A stretch of DNA of 64,000 nt from Candidatus Magasanikbacteria bacterium GW2011_GWA2_56_11 (GTDB lineage: Bacteria > Patescibacteriota > Patescibacteriia > Magasanikbacterales > UBA922): NCBI GenBank assembly GCA_001004885.1, contig LCRX01000006.1:35079-99078 (forward strand), read 5' to 3'. The stretch's first letter is position 1. Each line of letters begins with the position of its first letter. The position numbers and the translations under genes are program-made. Below the pieces are notes generated by a model, which was not told the origin of the DNA, ran no database searches, and worked only from the letters and a program-made list of their open reading frames with translations. Positions 31,444-41,912 of this stretch are shown in pieces.

Positions 31444-32103
31444 ATGGATTTTTTTAGCGCCCAATTTCTCTTTTTCGTCCAGACGCTGCTGTTTGCCTCG
31501 GTTATTTTCATGCACCTGTCCAAAAAAAGCGCCTCCGTTATTTTTCTTTATCAGGTTCAATCGCTTATAGTCGCCTGCCTGCTTCTCGGTTCGGCCTTAG
31601 CCGAGTCAGCGATTTTTCCGCTTTTCGTGGCCGTCGTGGTGTGCGCGGTAAAAGTAGTCATCGCGCCGCATTTCTTTCGGCGGCTCACCCGGGAGCTGCA
31701 GCTCAAATTTTCCGCCAGCACCTATTTGAGCGGTCCCTTGACGCTTATCATTCTCGCGGCCTTGACGGCGTTTACCTACTCGCACTTTTTTGCCCCTCTT
31801 TCCACTCTCAACGCGTCAAACGCCCGCGCTCTTCTTCTCGCCGCGGCGATGATGCTGGCCGCCTTGTTTTTGATCGTCAACCGCAAGGGCGCCCTCTCCC
31901 AAATGATCGGCATTTTGTCCTTGGAAAACGCCATTGTCGCTTTTGCTTTTCTTTCCGGGCTCGAACAATCGCCGGCTCTGGAGCTCGGCGTCCTGTTCGA
32001 CATTTTAATGTGGATAATCATCGCCACGGTGTTCGCGTCCATGGTTTACCGGCAATTCGGTTCTCTCGACGTGACGGCGATGAACTCTCTCAAAGAAGAA
32101 TAA
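31444..32103 (+). CDS. HyfE-like membrane subunit
   Basis: SQMIGILSLENAI, ELGVLFD; operon position. Confidence 0.8.
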   Translation: MDFFSAQFLFFVQTLLFASVIFMHLSKKSASVIFLYQVQSLIVACLLLGSALAESAIFPLFVAVVVCAVKVVIAPHFFRRLTRELQLKFSASTYLSGPLTLIILAALTAFTYSHFFAPLSTLNASNARALLLAAAMMLAALFLIVNRKGALSQMIGILSLENAIVAFAFLSGLEQSPALELGVLFDILMWIIIATVFASMVYRQFGSLDVTAMNSLKEE

Positions 32104-32107
32104 ATCT

Positions 32108-33544
32108 ATGCTGCTCATCATTCTTCTCTGCGTTCCGTTCGCCGCTTCCGTCCTGTCTTGGCTGGTCAAAAAAAGGACTCTCGTTTTGGAATCTTTGGCG
32201 GCGGGCGCCTCGACAATCGAACTGGCCGCGGCGCTCTCTTTGGCGGGTTCGGTGGCGAAAAGCGGGCCGTATTCCCTGACCGATAGTTTTTCGGTTGACC
32301 CGCTGGGAGCGGTCGTCATCTTGATTTTGGCCATTATTGGCGTGGTGGCGGCGTGGTATTCGGCCGGCTACCTGCGGGCCGAAGTGGAGAAGAGCATCAT
32401 CGGTTTTCACCGGGTGCGGCAATATTTTGTTCTGCTGCATCTTTTTATTTTTGCCATGTTCTTTGCCGTCGCCACGACCAGCCCCACCCTCATGTGGATC
32501 GCCATCGAAGCCACGACGCTCTCCACCGCCTTTCTTATCAGTTTTTACAATAATGCCTCGGCCACGGAAGCGGCCTGGAAATATTTGCTTGTCAACTCGG
32601 TCGGATTACTTCTCGGATTTTTTGGCACGCTTTTGTTTTTGTCCCCGGCCGAATCAGCCGGACTCACTGATTGGAATTCGCTCTTTGCCGCCGCGGCGGG
32701 CTTTGATCCGTTTATCGCGAAGATAGCCTTCGTTTTTGTATTCATCGGATACGGCACCAAGGTCGGATGGGTGCCTATGCACACCTGGCGGCCGGACGCC
32801 TACAGCAAGGCGCCGATTCCGGTGGTGGCGCTGTTTTCGGGCTCGCTCCTGAGCGTGGCTTTTTTGGCCGTGCTCCGTTTCAAGCTGATCGCGGACGCCA
32901 GCCTGGGCGGAGATTTTTCCGCCAACATGCTCATTGGCTTCGGACTCTCTTCCATCGTCGTGGCCGCTTTCAGTATGCTCGGACAAAAAAATTATAAGCG
33001 GTTGCTCGCCTATTCGAGCATCAAGCACGCGGGTATAATCGCCCTGGGATTTGGTTTCGGGGGCGCCGCGGCCGGAGCCGCTCTCCTGCATCTTATCTAT
33101 CACGCCCTGGCCAAGTCAGCTCTGTTTTTGTCGGCGGGAAATATTTTTTTGAAATACAGTTCGACCAAGGTGGAGAACGTGCGCGGGGTGTTGTCGGCTC
33201 TGCCGGTTACCGGCGTCCTGTTTCTCGCCGGATTTGTGGCCATAATCGGCCTGCCGCCGTTCGGTTTGTTTTTTACCGAATTATCCATTCTAGCGGCCGG
33301 AATTCAGTATCATCCGGCGGTATCCGTGATTGTCCTCTTGGCGCTCGCCTTGGGGTTCATCGGCTTTCTGCGCCATGCGGTTGCCATGATGTTTGGCGAA
33401 CGCGAAAAAAGGATAGCGCCGGGCGAAGCCGGAGTTTGGACCATCGTTCCCATTATTATTCTTTTGGCCATTCTAGCGGCCGCGAGTTGGTATCTGCCGG
33501 TGTCGTTTCGGTCGTTATTGGAATCTGCCGTCTTAGCCTATTAA
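32108..33544 (+). CDS. HyfF-like antiporter-type membrane subunit (NuoM/N/MrpD family)
   Basis: WIAIEATTL, EAAWKY, GTKVG..PMHTW.PDA.S.AP, KRLLAYSS. Confidence 0.88.
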   Translation: MLLIILLCVPFAASVLSWLVKKRTLVLESLAAGASTIELAAALSLAGSVAKSGPYSLTDSFSVDPLGAVVILILAIIGVVAAWYSAGYLRAEVEKSIIGFHRVRQYFVLLHLFIFAMFFAVATTSPTLMWIAIEATTLSTAFLISFYNNASATEAAWKYLLVNSVGLLLGFFGTLLFLSPAESAGLTDWNSLFAAAAGFDPFIAKIAFVFVFIGYGTKVGWVPMHTWRPDAYSKAPIPVVALFSGSLLSVAFLAVLRFKLIADASLGGDFSANMLIGFGLSSIVVAAFSMLGQKNYKRLLAYSSIKHAGIIALGFGFGGAAAGAALLHLIYHALAKSALFLSAGNIFLKYSSTKVENVRGVLSALPVTGVLFLAGFVAIIGLPPFGLFFTELSILAAGIQYHPAVSVIVLLALALGFIGFLRHAVAMMFGEREKRIAPGEAGVWTIVPIIILLAILAAASWYLPVSFRSLLESAVLAY

Positions 33545-33548
33545 GTCT

Positions 33549-35120
33549 ATGCTTTCCAGCTCCTCTTTTGCCGCCTATATTCCTCCTGGGTTTAAGCCCA
33601 AATTCGAAGGTAACCTGGCCACCGGCGCGGTTTCTGTTTCCGAGATCGCCGGGGTGTGCCACGACCTGTACTTTACGCGTGGGCTCGAATTAAAAACTAT
33701 CACGGCTACCGACGAGCGGAACAGGGGCGGAGGTTTTAGAATTTTCTACGTATTCGGCGTGCCCAAACAAAATTTGTTTATCATCCCGTACATCGTTCTG
33801 GCCGACACCGCGGAATTTCCTTCTCTGACCAAAGATATCCACGAAGCTTCGAGCTACGAACGGCGGATTATGACGTTTTTCGGCCTCAGCCCGGCCGGCC
33901 ACCCGCATCCGCGGCCGCTTATCCTCCATGAAAATTGGCCGGCGGACGTTTTTCCGCTGCGCCAGGATTTTAATTGGCAAGAGCGTCCGGCCGCCGCGCG
34001 CGGCAATTACGAATTTTACCGGGTGGAAGGGGAGGGGATTTACGAAATTCCGGTGGGTCCGGTGCACGCGGGCATTATCGAGCCTGGCCACTTTCGTTTT
34101 AGCGTCGCCGGAGAGGAAATTATGCTGCTTGAGGCCAAACTTGGTTACAAACACAAGGGAATTGAAAAACTTTTCGAGAACCTACCGCTCGCGAGCACAT
34201 TGCGTCTGGCCGAGAGGATTTCCGGGGACACGTCGTTTACCCACGCTCTGGCTTTTTGTCAGGCGATTGAACAGCTGACTGAATTGCCGGTTCCCAGGCG
34301 CGCCGCCTACCTCCGCGTCATTTTTTCCGAGCTGGAACGGCTTGCCAACCATGCCAACGACATCGGTTTTATCATGCTCGATACGGGTTATAGTTTTGGC
34401 GGCAGCCAAGGGGCGCGGCTGCGTGAAGTTATCATGCGGTGGAACGAACGCCTAACCGGCAGCCGCTTCCTTCGCGGCGTTAATGTTTTCGGCGGCGTGG
34501 CCAAGGATATTACTCCGGAAGCGGGTAACGAACTCGAGGCCGCGCTCCAGGCGTGGCAGCGCGACTTTGACCAGGTGATCGCCATTGCCGAGGATAGCCA
34601 CTCTTTGCTCAATCGTCTCGAGGACACCGGCAAACTGGATTATCAGCTAGCCGTTGATCACGGCATTGTAGGCGTGGCCGGGCGCGCCGTTGGACTCAAG
34701 AAGGACGCGCGGCTCGATTATCCCTACGCGGCTTACGCTGAGCTTCCCCTAGAGATCGCGGTCGAGAAAGACGGCGACGTCCGGTCGAGATTTTATGTCC
34801 GCGTCAAAGAAGCGCGCTCTTCGGTCGCGCTCATTTTGGCGGCCTTGAAGAACCTGCCTAGGGGTGAGTGTTCGGTCGGGGAACAACGCGTTAAATTAGC
34901 CAGGAACCGCTGCGCTGTCGGCCTGGCCGAAGGCTGGCGAGGCGAGATTGTCTATTTTGTTATGACCGGGGATACAGGCGATCTCGCGAGAGTTGACGTT
35001 CGCGATCCGTCATTCGTCAACTGGGCCGTGCTCGGCCATGCCGGCAGAGGCAATGTCGTGCCGGATTTTCCCCTGATCAACAAGAGTTTCAATTTGTCCT
35101 ACTCGGGTAACGACTTGTAG
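33549..35120 (+). CDS. Ehr large subunit (HycE/HyfG, NuoC+NuoD-like), no Ni-binding CxxC motifs
   Basis: GPVHAGIIEPGHFRF; ERISGD in place of RxCGxC; EGWRGE; ends DFPLINKSFNLSYSGNDL in place of DPCxxC. Confidence 0.9.
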   Translation: MLSSSSFAAYIPPGFKPKFEGNLATGAVSVSEIAGVCHDLYFTRGLELKTITATDERNRGGGFRIFYVFGVPKQNLFIIPYIVLADTAEFPSLTKDIHEASSYERRIMTFFGLSPAGHPHPRPLILHENWPADVFPLRQDFNWQERPAAARGNYEFYRVEGEGIYEIPVGPVHAGIIEPGHFRFSVAGEEIMLLEAKLGYKHKGIEKLFENLPLASTLRLAERISGDTSFTHALAFCQAIEQLTELPVPRRAAYLRVIFSELERLANHANDIGFIMLDTGYSFGGSQGARLREVIMRWNERLTGSRFLRGVNVFGGVAKDITPEAGNELEAALQAWQRDFDQVIAIAEDSHSLLNRLEDTGKLDYQLAVDHGIVGVAGRAVGLKKDARLDYPYAAYAELPLEIAVEKDGDVRSRFYVRVKEARSSVALILAALKNLPRGECSVGEQRVKLARNRCAVGLAEGWRGEIVYFVMTGDTGDLARVDVRDPSFVNWAVLGHAGRGNVVPDFPLINKSFNLSYSGNDL

Positions 35121-35161
35121 CACTGGTTGTCTGTCCGACCCGGCAATCCAGGCCCGAAGCC

Positions 35162-35190
35162 TTGACTAAACTCAAAAATTCCTTTATACT
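35162..35190 (+). promoter_or_regulatory. Sigma70 promoter of typA
   Basis: TTGACT-17nt-TATACT. Confidence 0.6.
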
Positions 35191-35276
35191 AGCCGAGTTC
35201 TCAAACTCGGTTTTAAGATCACAAGTTCGTCTTTCCTGTCCGGTTGAAGCTCCGGCGGGCTAGCCGCCCAGATTAT

Positions 35277-37070
35277 ATGGAAATTAGAAATATAGCCATT
35301 ATCGCCCACGTTGACCACGGCAAGACCACCTTGACCGATGCTTTGATGCGCCAAACCGGCATGGTTACGCAGGAGGGCGTCAGCATGGATTCGAATGCTC
35401 TCGAGAGGGAGCGGGGCATTACGATTTACTCCAAAAACGCTTCGCTTTTCTACAAAGACACCAAGATCAATATCGTCGACACCCCGGGCCACGCCGATTT
35501 CGGCTCCGAGGTGGAGCGCGTGCTGCGTTCTATAGACTCGGTGCTCCTCATAGTTGACGCCCAGGAAGGACCGATGCCGCAGACCAAGTTTGTCCTGAAA
35601 AAGTCGCTGGAGCTGGGCCTCAAGCCGATTGTGGTGCTCAATAAAATCGACAAACCCGGAGCCAATCCGCAGCTTGCGCATGACCAGGTGCTCGAACTCT
35701 TTATGGACCTGGGCGCGAGCGACGACCAGCTGGATTTTACCACCGTCTACGCCATCGGGCGCCAGGGGGTGGCCAAACTGCGCCTGGAGGAAGAGGCAGC
35801 GGATTTGACGCCGCTTTTGGACACCATCCTCAAGCTGGTTCCGCCGGCTCCGCATGACATCGAGGCCATGTTCCGCATGCAGCCGTTCAACCTTGGTTAT
35901 GACAATTACGTCGGCCGCCTGGCTATCGGCCGCATCTACGAAGGCAAGATCAGAGTGGGAGACAAGGTAGTCGTGAAAAAACCGACCGGCGAAACGCGGC
36001 CGGGCGTGATTACGAAACTTTTTGCCTTCAAGGGCATGGAACGCATTGAAGCCCCGGAGGTGTTCGCCGGCGACATTGCCATGATCGCCGGGGTGCCAGA
36101 TATCGACATCGGAGAAACAATCTGTGTCGACGGCTCCCAGGAGCCGCTGCCGGCGATCAAAGTAGACGAGCCGACGATTTCTCTTAACTTCATGGTCAAC
36201 AATTCTCCCTTTGCCGGGCGCGAAGGCAAGTTCGTGACCAACCGCCAGCTGAAGGAGCGCCTCGATCGCGAGCTGGAGGTAAACGTAGGCTTGAAAATAG
36301 ACTTCTCCGCGTCAGACCACTACAAGGTCTTCGGCCGCGGCGAGCTGCACGTGGCCATTCTCCTTGAGAATATGCGCCGCGAGGGGTATGAGGTCCAGGT
36401 TTCTCAGCCCCAGGTGATCATCAAAGAGGAAAACGGCGGAAAGCTGGAGCCTTTTGAAGAAGTTATTGTAGATTTGCCGGAGAATCTGGCCGGTACTGTC
36501 ATCGAAAAACTGGGGAAACGCAAAGGTCTCATGATGGACATGAAACAAAAAGACGGGCAAAGCCGGCTGATATTTGAAATACCAACCCGAGGACTCCTCG
36601 GTTACCGCGGCCAGTTTATCATGGACACCAGGGGCGAGGGGATTATGACCAGCCGTGTTATCGGTTTTCGCGCCTACGTGGGGGAAATTGAGAAGCGGGA
36701 TGTCGGTTCCATGGTTTCCATGGAGGCCGGCAAGGCCCTAGGCTATTCCCTTTTCAACCTTCAGGATCGAGGGACCCTCTATATCGGCCCCACGACTGAA
36801 GTTTACGAGGGTATGGTTATCGGCAACGTCTCCAAGGGGCAGGACATGACCGTTAATCCCATTAAAGGCAAGAAATTGACCAATATGCGCGCCTCCGGTT
36901 CGGACGACGCCATTCTTCTGACGCCTCCCATGGAGATCACTCTCGAGCGCGGTCTCGAGGTGATGGCCGAGGACGAGTATTTGGAGATTACCCCCAAGAG
37001 CATCCGCTTGCGAAAGCAATTTCTGAACGAGTCGGACCGGGTACGGGCGGCGCGAAAAGCCGCGCAATAA
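35277..37070 (+). CDS. typA: Translational GTPase TypA/BipA
   Basis: [45 protein letters not shown]. Confidence 0.97.
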   Translation: MEIRNIAIIAHVDHGKTTLTDALMRQTGMVTQEGVSMDSNALERERGITIYSKNASLFYKDTKINIVDTPGHADFGSEVERVLRSIDSVLLIVDAQEGPMPQTKFVLKKSLELGLKPIVVLNKIDKPGANPQLAHDQVLELFMDLGASDDQLDFTTVYAIGRQGVAKLRLEEEAADLTPLLDTILKLVPPAPHDIEAMFRMQPFNLGYDNYVGRLAIGRIYEGKIRVGDKVVVKKPTGETRPGVITKLFAFKGMERIEAPEVFAGDIAMIAGVPDIDIGETICVDGSQEPLPAIKVDEPTISLNFMVNNSPFAGREGKFVTNRQLKERLDRELEVNVGLKIDFSASDHYKVFGRGELHVAILLENMRREGYEVQVSQPQVIIKEENGGKLEPFEEVIVDLPENLAGTVIEKLGKRKGLMMDMKQKDGQSRLIFEIPTRGLLGYRGQFIMDTRGEGIMTSRVIGFRAYVGEIEKRDVGSMVSMEAGKALGYSLFNLQDRGTLYIGPTTEVYEGMVIGNVSKGQDMTVNPIKGKKLTNMRASGSDDAILLTPPMEITLERGLEVMAEDEYLEITPKSIRLRKQFLNESDRVRAARKAAQ

Positions 37071-37164
37071 CCAAGGGGAGCTTGGCAGACTGGCGCCTAC
37101 TTGGCTTAGATAAAAGCATTTGTTACAATACGAATGCTTTTTTTGTCAGCCGCGTCCTCGATAT

Positions 37165-37563
37165 ATGAATAATAGGCCTGGCCCGGGCGAAAAGATTATT
37201 GAGATTGGCGAGCCCAGCGCCGAGACCAAGCTTTCTTTGCGTTACTGGCCGCTCATGGCCGCCGCTATTAGAGCCTACTACCACGGTCTAAAACCGCGTC
37301 CGCCGGCCTCGCAGATATATGAGCGGCTCGACAGCCTGCTCGAACGTTTGCGCCGGGGAGAAAAATACGATGCCGTTTTTTTGAGCGAAATTCTGGCGCA
37401 AAAGGATTTGGGGCGCGATGTCCGTTTTCTTTATACCGAGTATGCCGGCGTGCTGCACCAGATTGACGCGTCCGAACGGGAACGGCAACGCGAACGCGCA
37501 GACCATGCCGACGAGGCGCACGGTATCGTGCCGTTCCCGCCGGAGGGGGCTAAACGGCGTTAA
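37165..37563 (+). CDS. Hypothetical protein
   Basis: ORF ends 3 nt before the helicase start; TTGGCT-17-TACAAT promoter-like site upstream. Confidence 0.55.
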   Translation: MNNRPGPGEKIIEIGEPSAETKLSLRYWPLMAAAIRAYYHGLKPRPPASQIYERLDSLLERLRRGEKYDAVFLSEILAQKDLGRDVRFLYTEYAGVLHQIDASERERQRERADHADEAHGIVPFPPEGAKRR

Positions 37564-37566
37564 ATT

Positions 37567-40524
37567 ATGACGTCCAAAAACCTCAACCAATCACAGCGCG
37601 CGGCCGTCGAGTACGTCGACGGTCCGCTTTTGATCGTGGCCGGCGCCGGCACCGGCAAGACGACCGTCATCACCGAAAAAATAGTCAGGCTTATAAGCAG
37701 CGGGCGCTCGGCGCCGGAAAATATTCTGGCTTTGACTTTCACGGACAAGGCCGCGGCCGAGATGCAAGAGCGCGTAGACAGCCGCCTGGATACCGGTTAC
37801 GTGGATTTATCGATCTCGACGTTTCATGCTTTTTGCGAACGCCTGCTCGAGAGCTACGGCCTGGCCGTGGGTCTTCCGACGCGGTTTAAAATTTTGAGCG
37901 CTACCGAGGCCTGGATCCTTGTCCATGATCATTTGTACGACTTTAACCTCGACTACTATCGGCCCCTCGGCAATCCGACTAAACATATCCACGAGCTTAT
38001 CAGGCATTTTTCCAAATGCAAAGACGAACTGGTCAATCCCGAGGATTATCTGCGCCATGCCGAGGCGGCCGCGCATGACTCGGGAGACGCCAATGTCGAG
38101 GAAGGGACCCGCCTGAAAGAAATCGCTAACGCCTACCATACTTATAACCGCCTGCTTTTGGAATCCGGCGCGCTCGATTTCGGCGACCTCATTTACTATG
38201 CCGTCAGGTTGCTCTCTACGCGGCCCCAAATTAAAGCCGAACTGCAGCGGCGCTACCGGTACATACTTGTCGACGAATTCCAGGACGTCAACTGGGCCCA
38301 GTACGAGCTGGTACGGCTGCTCTCCGAGGCCGGCCAGCTGACGGTCGTGGGCGATGACGACCAATCTATTTATGCTTTTCGCGGGGCGAGCGTGGCCAAT
38401 ATCCTGCGTTTTAAAGACGACTACCCACAGGCGCGCGAGGTAGTATTGAACGAAAATTACCGGTCGGGGCAGGAAATACTCGACGTGGCCTACGCGTCCA
38501 TTCAGCACAATAATCCGGACCGGTTGGAGGTGAAACTTGGGGTAGACAAAAAGCTCCAGTCAACGACCGGCGGCGGGAAAGCCAAGGTCGTCCACGCTCA
38601 TAAAAGTTCGCTTGACGACGAAGTGGCTTTCGTCGTGAACGAAATAGTCAAATTGAAAGCGGCGGATGGGGGCGCCTCTTGGAATGACTTCGCTATTTTG
38701 GCTCGAGCCAACAATCATCTCGAACCGTTCATCCAGGCGCTCGAGCGCGCGCACATACCCTATGAATGGCTCTCGGCCTCCGGGCTTTTCCGTCAGCCGA
38801 TCGTGCTCGACGTTTTCAATTTTTTCAAAGCAGTCGACCACTACCACGAATCGGCCGCGGTCTACCGTCTCCTCGGCCTGCCATGCCTGGATTTGAGCGA
38901 AAATGACCGGCAGAAGTTTACCGCCGCGGCTAAGAAAAAGAGCGTCAGCTATTATGAGGGTCTGAAATTGGCCGCGGAGTGGGGATTGTCGGCGCCGGGT
39001 ACGGCCGCAGTGGGCAAAATACTCGAGCTCATACACGCGGGCATGCGGGCGGCCAGAACCGAGAAACCATCGGTGATACTTTATCGCTTTCTCGAAGGCA
39101 GCGGCTATCTGGGCTACTTGTCGCGGCAGGAAGGAGAGGGGAACAGCAGCGTTATTCGGCAAATTTACCAATTGAAACAATTTTTTGAATTTTTGAGCCG
39201 CTACGAGGATTCGGTGCCGGACCACTCTATCGGCCACTTTGTCGCTTACCTTTCGACAGTCATCGAATCCGGAGACGAAGGCCGGCTCTACCAGCCGGCA
39301 GACACGCCAGATTCCGTGAACCTTATGAGCGTGCACGGCGCCAAAGGTCTCGAGTTCCGTTACGTTTTTATCGTCAATCTGGTCGAAGACCGTTTTCCCG
39401 CGCGCAATCGCGGCGAAGGAATCGAGCTGCCGCTCGCGCTGATAAACGAACGCCTGCCAGAAGGGGATTACCTGGTGGCCGAGGAACGCCGCCTGTTTTA
39501 CGTGGCGCTTACGCGCGCCCGGGAACGCGCCTATCTTACCGGCGCGGATTCGTACGGCGGCGTGCGTAAAAAGAAAATCTCGCGGTTTGTCGCCGAACTT
39601 GGCGGCATCCTAGGAAATACGGACGAGACGCCCGGCGCCGACGCCGGGCTAGGGAGAGCGGCGGCGATATTGCCTCGCGGCCGCGAGGCGGACGAAGCGC
39701 AGAAGACGGCGCCCCAATACCGGCTGCCGGACGCTTTTTCTTTTTCTCAGATCAAGGCTTATGAAACCTGTCCGTACCAGTACAAATTAGCGCATATTCT
39801 AAAAATTCCGACCAAGGGCAGCGCTAGTTTTAGCTTCGGCCAAACTATGCACGCGGCGCTGCAGCGCTTCTACGAGCGGGTGCGCGAGCTCAATTCGGCG
39901 ACGCAGGGTTCGTTGTTTGCGGCTCCGGCCGCGGCGTCTTTGTCCGGCGCGGTCAAGGCGCCGTCTTTGGCGGAACTTTTGCAATATTATGAGGAAGCGT
40001 GGATCCCAGATTGGTACCGCAGCCAGCGCCAGCGCGAGGAATACTACGCGCAGGGCAAAGACATTTTGAAGAGGTTCTACGCGGCCGAAGACGGGAACTG
40101 GACGGTGCCGGTAGCCCTGGAGAGTTGGTTTAAAATCAAGGTCGGGAACTACCTTGTGCACGGACGCATTGACCGGGTGGACCAATTAGCGGACGGGACG
40201 CTGCAAATTATCGACTACAAGACCGGTAAAAGCAAGGAGAAACTCGCGGCCGACGACAAGGCGCAGCTCCTTGTTTACCAGATGGCGGCCGAAACTTTGT
40301 CCGAGTACCGGCATATGGGGGCTACGAGCAAGCTGACTTTTTATTATCTCAATGATATCATTCAGACGTCGTTCGTCGGCCGGAGCGAGGAGCTTGAGCG
40401 CGTCCGGAACAAGATCACGGCCGCCATTGACCAGATATCCGCCGGCCAGTTTGGCGCCACGCCCGGTCCGCACGTCTGCCAGCATTGCGATTTTCGCGAT
40501 ATTTGCGAGTTTAGGGTTTTGTAA
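37567..40524 (+). CDS. UvrD/PcrA-like helicase fused to a PD-(D/E)XK nuclease (AdnA/B- or AddA/B-like)
   Basis: AGAGTGKT, LVDEFQD, VGDDDQSIYAFRGA, EERRLFYVALTRA; C-terminal GRIDRVD..IIDYKTG with Cys pattern C...CxxCx5C. Confidence 0.92.
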   Translation: MTSKNLNQSQRAAVEYVDGPLLIVAGAGTGKTTVITEKIVRLISSGRSAPENILALTFTDKAAAEMQERVDSRLDTGYVDLSISTFHAFCERLLESYGLAVGLPTRFKILSATEAWILVHDHLYDFNLDYYRPLGNPTKHIHELIRHFSKCKDELVNPEDYLRHAEAAAHDSGDANVEEGTRLKEIANAYHTYNRLLLESGALDFGDLIYYAVRLLSTRPQIKAELQRRYRYILVDEFQDVNWAQYELVRLLSEAGQLTVVGDDDQSIYAFRGASVANILRFKDDYPQAREVVLNENYRSGQEILDVAYASIQHNNPDRLEVKLGVDKKLQSTTGGGKAKVVHAHKSSLDDEVAFVVNEIVKLKAADGGASWNDFAILARANNHLEPFIQALERAHIPYEWLSASGLFRQPIVLDVFNFFKAVDHYHESAAVYRLLGLPCLDLSENDRQKFTAAAKKKSVSYYEGLKLAAEWGLSAPGTAAVGKILELIHAGMRAARTEKPSVILYRFLEGSGYLGYLSRQEGEGNSSVIRQIYQLKQFFEFLSRYEDSVPDHSIGHFVAYLSTVIESGDEGRLYQPADTPDSVNLMSVHGAKGLEFRYVFIVNLVEDRFPARNRGEGIELPLALINERLPEGDYLVAEERRLFYVALTRARERAYLTGADSYGGVRKKKISRFVAELGGILGNTDETPGADAGLGRAAAILPRGREADEAQKTAPQYRLPDAFSFSQIKAYETCPYQYKLAHILKIPTKGSASFSFGQTMHAALQRFYERVRELNSATQGSLFAAPAAASLSGAVKAPSLAELLQYYEEAWIPDWYRSQRQREEYYAQGKDILKRFYAAEDGNWTVPVALESWFKIKVGNYLVHGRIDRVDQLADGTLQIIDYKTGKSKEKLAADDKAQLLVYQMAAETLSEYRHMGATSKLTFYYLNDIIQTSFVGRSEELERVRNKITAAIDQISAGQFGATPGPHVCQHCDFRDICEFRVL

Positions 40525-40526
40525 TT

Positions 40527-41066
40527 ATGCCCGATTTTTTTCTGCCCGGCGTTCTGACTCTCGTGGTTTTGGGTCTTTTGGCTTTTTTCGGGTATATGGT
40601 TTACGCCGCTGTTTCGGGGGCCCCTTTTTGGCCGCTCGCGCCCGACGCTGTCGGCAAACTGATAGCCAGCGCGGGCCTTGACCCCCGCGATACGCTGGTG
40701 GATTTAGGATCGGGAGACGGCCGCATTCTTGAGGCGGCCGCACCCTATGTGCGCTCTGCCGTCGGTTTTGAGATCAACCCTTTTTTGTGCTGGTGGAGCC
40801 GATTCCGGCTGCGGCATTATCCCCACGTGCGGGTGTTGCGCCGTAGTTTTTGGGGCGAAAATTTGTCCGGGGCAACGGTGGTAACATTATTTTTCATCCC
40901 CGGCAAAATGGATAAGCTCGCCCATAAATTGCTGGCGGAACTGGCCCCGGGCACAAGGATCGTTTCGGCCGGCTTTCAATTTCCCGGGTGGCACTACGAA
41001 AAAAAAGATGGTACAGTATACCTATATCTCGTACCTCCGGCGCCGGAGGCGGCTCCCCCAAATTAA
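40527..41066 (+). CDS. Membrane-anchored SAM-dependent methyltransferase
   Basis: N-terminal TM, GAPFWP, VDLGSGDGR, GFEINP. Confidence 0.82.
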   Translation: MPDFFLPGVLTLVVLGLLAFFGYMVYAAVSGAPFWPLAPDAVGKLIASAGLDPRDTLVDLGSGDGRILEAAAPYVRSAVGFEINPFLCWWSRFRLRHYPHVRVLRRSFWGENLSGATVVTLFFIPGKMDKLAHKLLAELAPGTRIVSAGFQFPGWHYEKKDGTVYLYLVPPAPEAAPPN

Positions 41067-41106
41067 GGCCCTTAAAAGCGTCAATCAAGAATGAAGTGCC
41101 TATTCT

Positions 41107-41406
41107 ATGTCTTTCACCCCGCTCGGCGATGCTCTGCGCCACAAAATGAACCAAAGCTCGTCTCTCGGCAAACAAGTCGAATCGGCCGAGGTAGTCGCGG
41201 CGGCCGAATCTGTTTTAACCGAAGTTTTTGGCAGCGATGTCGGGCAGACGGCCAAGCCTTTGTTTATTAAAAACCGGACTTTGACCGTCAGCTGCGGCAG
41301 CTCGGCCGTGGCCCAGGAAATTAGGCTAAATCAAGCCAAAATTGTAGAAAAAATAAACGATAAATTAGGCAAAAGCGAAGTGGACAGGATCCGTTATCTG
41401 GCCTAG
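41107..41406 (+). CDS. DUF721/DciA family protein
   Basis: TLTVSC.SSAVAQEIRL...I.EKIN......VDRIRY pattern. Confidence 0.75.
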   Translation: MSFTPLGDALRHKMNQSSSLGKQVESAEVVAAAESVLTEVFGSDVGQTAKPLFIKNRTLTVSCGSSAVAQEIRLNQAKIVEKINDKLGKSEVDRIRYLA

Positions 41407-41504
41407 ACGCGTTCGCTTGCCAGCAGCCGGCAAAAGCAGTACAATAAGGCCGTACCGCTCTCGCCTCCTCGACGGGCGCCGAGCTTTCGAGTGTCTACCC
41501 CGAT

Positions 41505-41906
41505 ATGACCCTGCGCCAGTACCTCGCGACCATGATTTTTGCCACCCTGCTGTGTTATACAGCATGGTTTTTTGTAATTGATAACGTGGATCCCTTTGCC
41601 GCCTCGGCGGCCGGACTGGGTTTTTTTTATCTCAGTTTTTTCCTGTCGCTTCTCGGCACCTGTTCCTTGATTTTTTTCTGCCTGTATCGCTTTTTTGGCA
41701 CCTCTGATCTGCCTTTGTTCCGCTACGTGCAGAAGAGCTTCCGCGAATCGCTGGCTATTTCGGCTTATCTCGCGCTTATGCTCCTGCTCCAGGGGGCGTC
41801 TTACCTTACTTTTTGGATCGGATCCCTGGTTACCGGATTGTTCATTTTAGTCATTTCCTTTATGGTTTCGCTGCGTTCCCATCCGGCCGAACCAGAATCC
41901 ATCTAG
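41505..41906 (+). CDS. Hypothetical 4-TM membrane protein
   Basis: Four hydrophobic segments; just upstream of proS. Confidence 0.7.
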   Translation: MTLRQYLATMIFATLLCYTAWFFVIDNVDPFAASAAGLGFFYLSFFLSLLGTCSLIFFCLYRFFGTSDLPLFRYVQKSFRESLAISAYLALMLLLQGASYLTFWIGSLVTGLFILVISFMVSLRSHPAEPESI

Positions 41907-41912
41907 CCGTCT

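Noticed and set aside
33549-35120. Functional group 4 [NiFe]-hydrogenase / formate hydrogenlyase
   Set aside because: Both CxxC Ni-binding motifs are absent and there are no hyp maturation or fdh genes in the window
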